Source: Polymyxa betae A26-41 (Eukaryota; Protista; Endomyxa: Phytomyxea). From it: 57,187 nt of DNA. The stretch covers positions 1-57,187 of the forward strand of contig RBZT01000820.1 in NCBI GenBank assembly GCA_003693705.1, in the 5' to 3' direction. Below, piece after piece: positions 24,788-36,235 of the stretch. Positions within the stretch are counted from its first letter, which is position 1. Each line of letters starts with the position of its first letter. The notes below the pieces were generated by a model, which worked only from the letters and a program-made list of their open reading frames with translations, ran no database searches and was not told where the DNA came from. The translations under genes were made by a program, and so were the position numbers.

Positions 24788-27700
24788 ATGTCGGCGGCGC
24801 TATCGCCCAGCACGACTCCTCAGCGACGACGATCGTCGGCAGGGCGCACCCTTGCACCGCACAGCCGCAGACGGTCAACTCCTCGGGGTTCCTTGACTGC
24901 TGCAGAGGAACTTGGTAAAACACGTCGTCGTTCAGTTTCAGTATCTCGACTGGAGAAAGTTCTGCCGGAGCTGCCAGACCAGGATGAATTTCTGGAACTT
25001 CTTCGTCTACAGATCAATATCGGCGCATTCGATGAAGTTGTTTCGACCTGCGAAGCGGCAAGTGTTGAATACACCCTTCCACCATTGGTTCAGCTCCTTT
25101 ATGCAAATTCTCTTCGTCGTACGAATCGATTTCGAAGTGCTCTGGCTATTTTGAAGCCTTTAGTCGAATCTAAATTCGAGTCGGATGTTGTTGTATGGGA
25201 GCATAATCTTTGCGATGCACAGCTTCACGAACAATTGACTTTTCGTCGTCACCAAATAGAACAGGACGCATTGCTTTTGGTCAAGATCGCTCGTTTTTAC
25301 CTGAATCAGCTCGATGACAATATGGCCTATCAAGTGCTTTCAGAATCACGTTTTTACCAAGATAGATGGATAACTGCTCCAGCTGCAGTACTTCTTCTTG
25401 TCGCCGAAATCGAACGTCGCAGTGGCCGCAAAGATTCATGGCGCCATGTCTCCACATTACTGGCATCTGAAACTCTTGGACGAAAGGACGACATTGCTGT
25501 CGCCGCCAAAATTCTCACATCTGTAAATCTAAGCGCGACCATTTCTGAATTCCGACATCCTTTGGCCTACTTGCTCTTGGCTGATACGAACCTTCGTTCT
25601 GGGCATTTATCTGCTGCTGCTTTACATTTACGCTTGATTGACGCCAGTTTCCGTGTTCCTTTACATTTAGCTCGGGTAGACCTTAAGCATTTGAAAGTCA
25701 CCGATTTTGCACAAAGTCGCTTGATGCTAGCCTCCAAGGCACTGACCGTTATAATTACAAGAATTGGTCCTCTTCCTAGGCTGCTGTTCTACCGAGCAAA
25801 TTTAAATAAGGCAGTCGGCTGTTGGCGAGATGCCGCTCGCGATCTTGAACTACTTGCAACAATGGACCCTCAGGCTAGATATAATCCTACCGATGATGAC
25901 GTACTTGTGGAATTCCATCAGCTAATCTATCTGAATGCAACGTTGATTGCGGGATCGCAGGGTTTGTTTGACAAGATAGCAGTTGCCCAATCGTTTTCTG
26001 CTGCGTTGATACGAACAGGATCAGCGTTAGCTGTTGACATGATGTGCCTAAAGGCTGATTTAGCACGAGAATCGGGATCCAGTATCGGTGAAGTTATGTC
26101 ATTATATGATAATGCAGCTGCCCTTGATAAGAACCATCATGGGATAAAGGTTGGAAAAATATATGCAGAGCTATACTGTGGTGATTGCGTCAGTGTTGCT
26201 TCAAGAGTTTTACCATTAGCTCGCGATTGCTTCGCTGAACTGGCGCGGCGATGGCGCGACTGTTACCTTATCATGGTCAGCCGAGGTACTACTATTTTCT
26301 ACTTCATATTGCTTGTGTTGATTTTTACAGTAACAATGCATCCAATGCCAGATGCCTTTGCATCAGGGGATCTCATTAGAATACTGGAGCGTGAATTTCT
26401 TTCCACTTCGGTCGGCTATTGTGCTCTGAATTCACACTGGCGTCGCTTACGTGTATTTATTCGAGCTGCCATTCGTCTGCGGAAATATAGATCACCTTTG
26501 GCTGTCCAGCTGTCATTGCTTTCACATCAGGTCGCGCTGGTCATATCGGCGGTTGCCGGAGCACATTTCCGGGACGGCGCTCTTATTTCTTCTCGTCGAG
26601 CGCTTCGAATAGCTCAGCGTATTGATCCTTGCTCTGGGATTGATTTACAGTTCAGCATCGCTATCACTTCAGGGTCTGTAAAGGACATCATTGCGGCTTT
26701 GTTAAAGATACCAAGTGTTGCAGTTGATTCTAAGAATCCCTTGTTCAGGCTTCCTGTAAAGTCTGACTACAGCTTCCCCTTAGCTGAGATAAGTATTGAA
26801 GATCATAGCTTAGATGATAACGACGATGATCAGCTGATTTACGATGATGCCATGTCGGTTTTGAATAGCGCTCGCGATCGCAACGTCGATTGGCGCTTGC
26901 AAATGCTGTTGCTGCTTCAAAGAATACGAAATGCGGACTTCATAGATAACCTAAACCGTCGCGTTTCATGTTTGAGAAAAGGAGCTGGAGCCGGGGATCG
27001 CAGACAGCTTAGTTTTGATCTACTTCAACGTAGCCTGCAGTTGAATCCCATCAGCATATTCTGGGCGACTACCAATCTAGCATTATCCATAATGTTTGCC
27101 GATTTACCAGATGTCCGTTTAGCTCGAGCCCAATATCGCAAGCTGGAAGGAGCAATTGAGGACGTCGGTGCAGCACTCAGTCTAACAGCAAAGCTGCATC
27201 CGCCCTCCATATTGCAAAAAGCTTGGCAAACCAAGCTAGTGGCCCTCCGCGTCCTACTTGGAACCCTTCTCTATCAGAAGGAACTTTATGAACAATGTGA
27301 TCAAGTACTCAGTAGTGCCCTGAGTATAGACAGTCGTCAACAAAAGGCTTTGCATATTCGAAGCCTGTGTCGAGTTAAACTGGGCCGCTTACACGAAGCG
27401 GCGCAAGATCTTCGCTCCATGCGTCAACAAGACAATCGTGCGATGAAGTTCCTTCTCGGTCAGATCAGTTTGAAACTAGGCCGTGTCGATGACGCTTATG
27501 AATGCTTCCGTGATTGTGTCGAGCATAGTAAGCATTCGGTCAACCCCAAGTTATTATTAGCAATTGGCGAGACGTTAGTCTTGCGTGAGCAGCATGCTGA
27601 TGCAGTATTTTACCTGAATCAATGGTAATCTTGCAAACAAACCCGCCTCATTGTATCTGATAAAGTCACCAGTATCCGAGCGGATCCTAACTGCTCAGCT

Positions 27701-30410
27701 GCCTATCGATTACTAGGAGATTCCTATGTCCATCTACAACGTTTTGAAGACGCTTCCGACTGTTTCACATCGCTCATTCGCCTAAATCCAACCTCGTCTG
27801 AGGGGTATTACCTCCGCGGGTGTGCTCGTTTGGCAGACGGAAACGCGGCTGGAGCAAGTGAAGTATGCCCAGCTTCCTTTATGATTCTCTAAGCTTATCT
27901 CTCAACAAGGACTTAAATAGAGCACAAATGCTATCTGCTTTCGACTCCAGAATCCTGCTCGCGTTGGCTGTGGCCCACATCATGAAAGGGAACGCTTCTG
28001 ATGCCATTGACATTGCGACCCGCTGCCTGGCGGTTCAGCCGGATCAGGCGGAAATGTATTTGATTCGAGGCTTCGGGTTCGCCTTACTCCTAAAGTGGCC
28101 TCACGCTATATCAGACTATACGCAGGTGGGTAACAGGGCCAAGGTTGTTGTGCGATTCGTTCCCACATTGACATGTTACTACCAGTGTCTTGCCCTTGAG
28201 AGTGCTAATGTTCCGTGTCTATTAGCCAAAGCATATTCTTTGTTCCAAATGTCGAAGTTTCAAGCAGCTGCATATGACTATAGCAGCGTCCTCGAGCTAG
28301 ATCCCGGCAATCTGGCGGCTTTAGCTAATCGTGGCGCCATTAACGAGCTGTGCTTGAACGGCATCCCGAGCGGAATGGATGACCTGAATCTAGCCGAGAA
28401 TTTGGATCCGACCGGCTTTCGTGTGGCGCTGTTGAAAGCGTTAACGCTAAGGCGAAGGCATCTGTTGACAGAAAGCCTTGATCAGTTCAATCGTGTGCTA
28501 CAGCGGTACAGCGCATTCGATATCCTTAGCGCTGAGGATATTGACATTATTCATAATTGTATGGGCGTAATGTTGGCGAGGATTGCTTCAGAGACTGGCG
28601 ATACAAACGAGAAGAAACGAATTCTAAATCTGCGACATGCTTTGGTGCATTTTCAGAAATCAGCACATCGGCCTATGTTGCGATCTGTTGCCATGCAAAA
28701 TGCTGGGCAAGTTCTGGTATGCTGATCAGTTAATGTGTCAGTATCTTGGCTCCTTATTAATGTTCAAGACCCACCTGGGAAGATCGAATGAAGCACTGAC
28801 AGCGTTTGAACAATCGGCACTTTCTGGATCGCAGAATGCATTAGTGTCAAACAATTTTGCCGTTGCCTTACAGCGCTCTGGCAACACTTTGCATGCATTG
28901 AAGTATTGGTTAACTCTCTCTTATTCAATGCGACTAAGATGGCTAAAGGTGGATCCGTGTTGCGTTGTCAGCGAGCTCTGACAATCCAAACATCAATTAC
29001 AATCTTGGATCCATACTCGCAGCAATGGGAAGCTGGCGCGATGCAGTCTCTGTACTTGATCACACCTTAAGCTTAACTCACAATGCCAATGCTTACAACA
29101 ATCGGGGCGTTTGTCTCCAAAGCCTGGGTCAAACAGAGGCGGCTGTTTCAGATTACAACAAGGCTATCGATCTCGATCCTAATTATTTTGCTGCTCGATG
29201 GAATCGAATGCTAGCGTAATGGTTGCAAATTTTCAGAATCTGCTTAACAGTTGCCTTCAGAAATGCAACTCGAATGGATTTCAGAATGGCACTGTGCGAT
29301 ATTGCAGTGCTACGTGCCAAATTGACTGACGATGCAGTTGGCCAAAAAGTGATATTGGATCGTTTATTCAACTACTGTCAATCCTGGCAGTTTGCATTCA
29401 GAGTGTTGACAATTCAGATGATGGTTGCGATACAAAGACTGCCTCCATTATCTTTAATCGATCATCGTCCTACTTCGGTTGGAATCATCCTGGATACAAC
29501 GTTTTGCGATCCAAAGTAAATCCATGATTCCTGATCAAACAACTCGATAAATTCTGTCACAGAAAATTCGGCATATTTTCCTCACAAGAGCATCGCGAAC
29601 TGATGGAATCTGTTTCGAAAATCGGCGACAAGACACTCAAAGCGATAATTCTTGATGCATGTCAACAGCAGGCTCACCGGAAAATAGAACCAGTTCTCCA
29701 GCTGTTACTCCAGGCTATGTATTCAGTTTCTGACGAAACATTACGTGCTAAATTCATCGCATGGCGATGCGTTTTATTGATTGAGCGTCAGAGTTTGGAA
29801 GCCGTTGAGGCAGAACTCGCACCAATATTAGCAAATCGAACAAAGTTGTCGCCCGCATATTCCGGTCTGATAAACTTGGCCGGCCTGATTCGGCAGAAAA
29901 GCGGGGACAACGAAGGGGCTTTGTCGATGTTCGCACTTGCTCACAAATTCAATCCTGAGAACGTATGTTAATGGTCTTTCTACAGTGCATTAATCATTAG
30001 CGCTAAAACAAATCGCTCAGGTATTTTCGTTGATGAATTCTGCCACAATTTTTCAGCGAATGGGATGCTATTTCGAAGCATTCCAGCACACAGCCAAAGC
30101 CATAAATATCGTCCTCCAAGATCAGGCTTTAACGAAAACACAATTGATTCTTGTTGAAACCCTTCATACCTATTCAATTACGATATACAATGGAACGAAG
30201 GAATGGAGTGAGCTAGATAACACGCAAAGTGCTTTAGCAAAGGCTCTGCATAACGTGGTTCACGATTCTCGCAACGCACGAAATATCTATAATGTGACAA
30301 GGCAAGTCGATCAAGTGATCGAAGAGTATCTTAACTCATTTGATGCGGTTGTTGATCGTCATGGATCGTTAGAAGATCACAATACAGAAGACTTGGATGT
30401 AAGAAATTGA
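24788..30410 (+). CDS. Large tetratricopeptide-repeat protein, multi-exon
   Basis: TPR consensus stretches such as AYNNRGVCLQSLGQTEAAVSDYNKAIDLDPNYFAARWNR, AAYDYSSVLELDPGNLAALANRG and AYRLLGDSYVHLQRFEDA. Exons are linked by GT-AG introns; exact structure approximate. Confidence 0.85.
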
Positions 30411-30609
30411 TGCTTAGTCAATTTGTTCTAAGACAGCTTAGGCCATCTTAGCATCGTCATTAGCTAGAATGGAGCAGGCATTCCAAGAACATGACCCCCT
30501 GACAAAATGACACAGACAACTGAAACAATAACCAGCGTGATATATTTACTCAAAATATGTGTATATTGACCGCGATGACTGATAACTTTTATGCTATGAA
30601 ACATCCTGT

Positions 30610-33600
30610 CTAGCGTATTGACAGCAGCACGCCTGAAGCCCACTGAGCACTTTCCACAACGGTCTGCTGCCCAGAACCCAATCCTATAATGATTAACAAT
30701 CAAGTTTCGGATGGCAAGAGAAACAAAAATTATACCCTGCGCTATAAGCACCTGCAAACAAGGTGCCGAGATGAAAGGTTTTAATGACTCCCCAAGGTTT
30801 TGTGCTAAATCACCAATCAAACCAACAGCAGAAGACAAAACAGCAGAATCACGATCTGGATCATTAGCAACCAGGTCTAATAAAGCGATTATGGGAGGTA
30901 TGTACGGTTTAAATTCGGAAATCTGTTCAAGGGGATGTTAAAAAGGAAAGCTCACAGATAATCTAGAAGCAACCTTTCCACCATCGGCAAGACCAGCGAT
31001 AACGCCGGTATACGTGTCAAGAATGCTGAGTCGAAGAGCATTCAGATAGTCGATAGTACCGAAATCCACTTGCTCGAATTTGGCTTGGGACGCTTCAACA
31101 AGCATTCGCATAACGAACGGCACATAACGGTCAAATCCGCCTGAACATATTAGAATAAAATTTTCAGATGCAAACAAATCTTACCTTTCAGAGCAAGAGC
31201 TATATCGCCGAAGCATGCAACGATATGAGGGTTGACGGATCGTTCAAGATTTGGATTAGACAGATCAATCAAAAGAATGTTGACAAATTCGTCACAGTGA
31301 GGTGCAACAAGTGGACCCAGAGCTCGGCAGATATCTCCAAGTACACCAACTGAAACTTGGCATACCTAACCAGCTAATAAGAAATTTTGCGACATAGATC
31401 GAAAACCCCAAACCTGAGGTTCGAAAGTGTTCCTCAAGCCATCTAATAAGAACGGTTTCAGCGAGTCCATGTATTTGCTAAACTCTGTCTTGACACAAGA
31501 AGCGACTGCACCAATGGCCATAAATGCCTACACGTGGTCAGATCAAATTCAACCTCGAAAATCAGGAGCGAACCTCTTCGTTGAGTGTTGCACTCTTTGC
31601 CTGAAGGACATGCAGGAACATTACCATTAGGTTGTCAGCATGCTGGGCAACGGTTTGAGGGTTAAGCCGAAGAATTATGGCTTGAAGAGACCCACAAAGC
31701 AAACCTTGGACCTCACGAGCGCGCTCATCACCATGAGCAGATAACAACACTTTCAGTCTGATACTACTAAGCACGCGAATTAAAACTGAGACAGAGAATG
31801 TACCGGCTCATTAATGTAACAAGAAGTTGTTCGATGATACGAATGCAATCTTGAGCTGAAGTGGAAATCAAAACACTAATGGCTTCGTAAGCAGAGCACA
31901 GAAGACGGGTGTCAGGTAGATCCTGACGATCAGATGCTTCCAACAATGCCCGTACCAAACCTTCAAAGTACTGTACAGACATTAGCAATTCAATAAGCTG
32001 AAGATAGCAAGTAACAACCTTAGAAAGCTCAGAAGTAGGCTGATTTTTTGATTCGATAGCCTCAGCAAGACAATGAATTGCCCAACAGATATGTCCGGCA
32101 ATAGGAGGATGATCTTTTAAACCGATCAGGAAGGCATTCATCAATTTATGCAACATAGCCTGGTCGATGATCTCTGGAAGAACATCACAAATGCGTCCGA
32201 CAGTCCAAGCAGCAGTATCACGAACATGAACCGAAGCATCTTTCATATGTCCAAGTATAACTGCAAAATATCAGAACAATGTAAAGCAGAGACATTACAC
32301 CAACCGTCAAAAGCAACAGATACCAAATGACCGAGAGTCTGCTTTGAAGGACCATCCAGAATAGACCCAAACGCAAGAGTTGCAGCTTCACGAGCGTGCC
32401 AGTTCTCAGACTTGATGTTTTGCTCGACAAAAGGCAAAACATGGGGAACGATATCGTCACGAACCGCTTGTGCCAGCAGCGATAAGCATAGACCTGACAG
32501 TCCCGATCAAATTAAACTTTCAAAACGTGCACGCTGAGAGTACCAGCAGCAGTAGAAACATTCCAGGTATCATCCGAGAATTCATCAGCATCTTCAGCCT
32601 GTTTCATAAGACATTGAACAATAAGAGGAATTAGAGGTTGCAAGACAGCCTTGGCGAATCCTCGATTAGTACGATAGGGGGTCTTCTTCTTCTCGATACA
32701 CTGGAAGGAATCAGCAAATACAACATATAATTGAGACCACAGCGTACCTCTTCAATAATCTCAGTAACCAGAATTTCCTCATCGCAGATGCTCGACCAGA
32801 ATTCGAAAGCTTGCAGGGCGACTTCTTCAGCATCATTTGAAATCGCAGTGCTTGTCAATCGAAAAATCTGAAAAAAAGGATTACTGGACTATAGTCATGG
32901 CAACAACACCTTGCCTCTTGCATATAAGGCGTGATCTGGTCATAATATAAAGAAGCGACTTTTACGAGACACAGGAAAGCTGCAACTCGAACTTTCACTT
33001 CTGGAGAATGAGCAGCCGAGATTATCATTCGCATTATCATGTCACGTTCATGATCGACCAGCTGAGACTCAAATTAGATGACGCAATGAAATGACTCGAC
33101 ATTTAACCATGTTGTTTTTGGCGAATTCGAGAGAATTCGCTAACGCCGAGGTCGCTGCAAGTTTGACGAGCTGGTTCGTCTCGGAATCAGCCATCCCCAT
33201 TGAGATCGCATTGAGGATAGCAGAAGAGCTGTTCTGCAATTGAACGGGACACTGCGAGGAATCAGTCCCGATAGATAGACACCAAACACAATCAAGATAC
33301 CTCTTCGCAAACATAACCCAGAGCCTCAAATGTACTCTGTTTCAGATCAGCATTGGGAGCTGTGTTAATGTTGACTAAGAGCAGATTGATGAGTTCAGGC
33401 CAGAGATTTTGCGGAAGTTCGATTGCAGCGACTTTAGCCACGACCATGGCGGCAGTCGATCGAGCTTCTCGTAAAGGGGCACCAAGCGTGGTTAAGACAG
33501 CGTGTTTGATGGCGACACGAACCTGTAATGTTACATCAGATGTTTGCTCCAGCTCTGAGCAAATTATTAGACCTCAGGAGCAAGGCTGTTCCATCTCTGG

Positions 33601-33946
33601 TTCAAGGCGTGTTGCCTGGCCTCGTCCTTAGCCACCAAAGCATTCTTCAGTAGAATACCAGCCAGATGTCTCGAAATATTCGGCTTCTGTGGATCTCGTA
33701 GTTCAGCGCATAAGGACATTACATAGACCGGCTTTGATCGTGATTAATAACCCAACCGATTGGAAACAGCAGTAGGCTTACAAATTTTTCACCCTCTAAT
33801 TTCACCAGAGCTTGCTCAGCTGGAGTCCGTACATTGGCATCTAAGCACGATGATGTCAGTCATCTGGCGAGATTTGAATCTGGCATAGACAGCCAACCTC
33901 CAGCACTGGCATGTACCAGATACTCAGTGAGCGAGATGGTCTCCAT
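30610..33946 (-). CDS. KPNB1: Importin subunit beta-1, many exons
   Basis: SRHLAGILLKNAL, AAIELPQNLWPELI, EEVALQAFEFWSSICDEE, DDTWNVSTAAGLCL, NWHAREAATLAFGSILDGP, VRDTAAWTVGRIC, ACFGDIAL; ends AQWASGVLLSIR*. Confidence 0.97.
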
Positions 33947-34414
33947 TGCACCCGGATAGACTGTAATGGTTGTTGATGATGATGGGGCCGCAGCCTACCG
34001 ACACACGCTGGTTTGATACACAGAGAGGATGTGAGGGATGGGGTGGTGGGTGGGGCCGCTGCAACAACACGAGAAGCGAACGCAAATCCGGGAAGGCCGC
34101 ACCCTCGAAGAGATCCGCCGTAACTAAACATGAACCCCGCGCTTTCTTTCACGTCCTACCGGTACAAAGATCGGAATGTAAAATTGGCAATAATTTTGTT
34201 ATAGCTAATAGTTGTGCCAGACTGTGCCCATAAGCCGAATAACAAATCAATGAATAAATTTATGGCTTGATAGAAATCGAAAGCATTTCGAGTCTCTTTT
34301 GTACTAACTCTCTGAAATCCTTCAATGACAGCAGCAATAACAAGCATACTTTTGCTCTCAGAAGTTCACCAGCATGGTATTGCACGCTAGATATGGGTTT
34401 ATATTACCAGTTTT

Positions 34415-35344
34415 ATGTTGAACGCAGCACGGAGTCTAGTGCTGCGATGGCAGGCGTCGGTCCGGCAAGGGCTGGTCCAAGATGCTGGCGTCAAGGCTCG
34501 CGATATGGCTCGTCGCGTTGCCGATTCCCAGGTGATGAAAGTTTGGGAAGAAGTCAGCGGTGGCGCTAGAGCGGTTGCTGCTCGAAGCATGGTCGATCAA
34601 GCGAGAAATGATCTTATAAACATTCGCAGGTAAAGTGAAATTCAGTACCATTTTGCTAAAGATAAAATCAGATAGGACAGTAGAACTTGCGGAAACTAAA
34701 TTAGATTCGATACGAGATCATCTGGGTGTGATTCGTGAACAGCTGGATCAGATACCCAGAACCGACTCGCGTTATCCGAATCTTGTTCGCGATGAGCACG
34801 TCTTATTACGTCGTGAGCAAACCTGTCTAAATGAAATCACTGCTGCTCAACAGTCAGAAAGGTATTTTATCATAAGATATTTGAATGTTTGTAAAATGAA
34901 AATAGGCACCAGTTTGAATCGCTTTGTTCAGCATTGGAATTCGTCAGCACCGTCGACAACGACCGTAATAAGGTTTGTATGATCAGTTTGATGAAATTTT
35001 GATTCATCGTGCTGTTGCAGTACTTCAGTATTGTCGCCACTGTACTTGGCACCATGATCGGGGCTATCGGATCCAGCATCGCTGCGTCATCCCGGCAAAA
35101 AGTTATTCATGAACGTTTGGATGGCGTCGAACATGCTCTAAACAATCTAGCAGCTACGATACCGCTAGCAACTACTTCAAGTAATGACACGCCAAAGCAG
35201 GTTGTGAAAGCGGAAGCTATCAACGATTCTTTGCAAGTTCAAGCAAAACCTAGTCAAGATTTAAGCGTCATTCACAATTTAACCATAGCCGCTACTGCAA
35301 GTTCCTTTGTCACGTTACTGTATCTTTTCTTTGGAAAAAATTAA
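34415..35344 (+). CDS. CCDC51 (MITOK)/She9-Mdm33-like mitochondrial inner-membrane coiled-coil protein
   Basis: Arg-rich presequence-like N-terminus; WEEVSG..IREQLDQIPRTDSRYPNLVRDEHVLLRREQ..QSER|HQFESL..NK|YFSIVATVLGTMIGAIGSS parallels CCDC51 ([56 protein letters not shown]); second TM at C-terminus; three GT-AG introns. Confidence 0.8.
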
Positions 35345-35418
35345 CCAATATTTATTCCTTGACTGTTTAATCACTACGGCTGGCACGCTCCCAAATATAA
35401 CTTTCGTATAATTTTGCA

Positions 35419-35664
35419 ATGAGAAAGCTATTCGTGAGTATCGCTTTCGTGATTCTATCTTTATGCATAGTTCAAGGCTTATACCATGGAAGGACTCCAG
35501 CACAGAAAGAGCGCCATACCCGATTGAAGACGATGATGACTGAACTTCTAGCTATGAAGAACGAATATGGGCAGCCGTTTAATGACACTGAAGGTCGTCA
35601 AGGCATGGTTCGCATTCTTGAACGGATTGAACGAATCGAGCGCGAAGAAGCATCCCGGCAATAA
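35419..35664 (+). CDS. Small secreted protein (81 aa), effector candidate
   Basis: Classic signal peptide MRKLFVSIAFVILSLCIVQG followed by a charged, helical, cysteine-free mature part; ATG in GCAATG context. Confidence 0.65.
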   Translation: MRKLFVSIAFVILSLCIVQGLYHGRTPAQKERHTRLKTMMTELLAMKNEYGQPFNDTEGRQGMVRILERIERIEREEASRQ

Positions 35665-35839
35665 TGTTATGAGAAGCTATCACAAGCGAATAAACGGGTA
35701 AAGAGCATAAAAACAAACAAAATAGATTGGTTAGGTAGTCACTTTTGTGCTTGGCTGACATTTCTTACTTTGTCTGCGGACAGCAGGTTATAAAACGAAG
35801 CAAGCTTTGGTCGCGTCGTCCGGGATCGCCTTGACAATC

Positions 35840-36085
35840 ATGACCAATGAGAATAATGATGACGACAAGTGGCTGGCTCCTGGACTGTTAGCTGCCGCCC
35901 GATCTCAACCGCTTAGTGACGAAGATCGCACTTTGACCGTCGAGCAATTCCTGAGAAAGCAAATAGATGAACAGGCGAAATTGATGCGCGATCAGGCCAA
36001 AGAACGCTGCGAGCAGCTTCGTCAGCGCGCCGACCAGCTCGTTCAAGAACATTTTCCTGCAAATGAAGACGAGCGATCGAAATAA
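35840..36085 (+). CDS. Helix-only Survivin/Bir1/BORI-like chromosomal passenger protein (81 aa)
   Basis: LSDEDRTLTVEQFLRKQIDEQAKLMRDQAKERCEQLRQRADQL resembles the C-terminal MTVEEWI...ECE..I..F..E helix of fungal Bir1/Cut17 and plant BORI proteins. No BIR or FHA domain. Confidence 0.55.
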   Translation: MTNENNDDDKWLAPGLLAAARSQPLSDEDRTLTVEQFLRKQIDEQAKLMRDQAKERCEQLRQRADQLVQEHFPANEDERSK

Positions 36086-36235
36086 ACTCAGTCGTAATCC
36101 TGTCATCATGTCAACTTTTTTATAGTTTTGCTTGATGTAACATTTCAACAGAAAGGGCTGCGGCCATCGTCGCTCTTTAATGATGTTAGACTGCTGTTAT
36201 CATTACTGTTTTGCCTGGTTATCGACCATTCCAAA

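Noticed and set aside
34089-34150. RNase P/MRP-like GGGAAGG...AACCCCGCGCT motifs
   Set aside because: The two motifs are only ~40 nt apart, too close for P/MRP architecture, and the pairing is poor.
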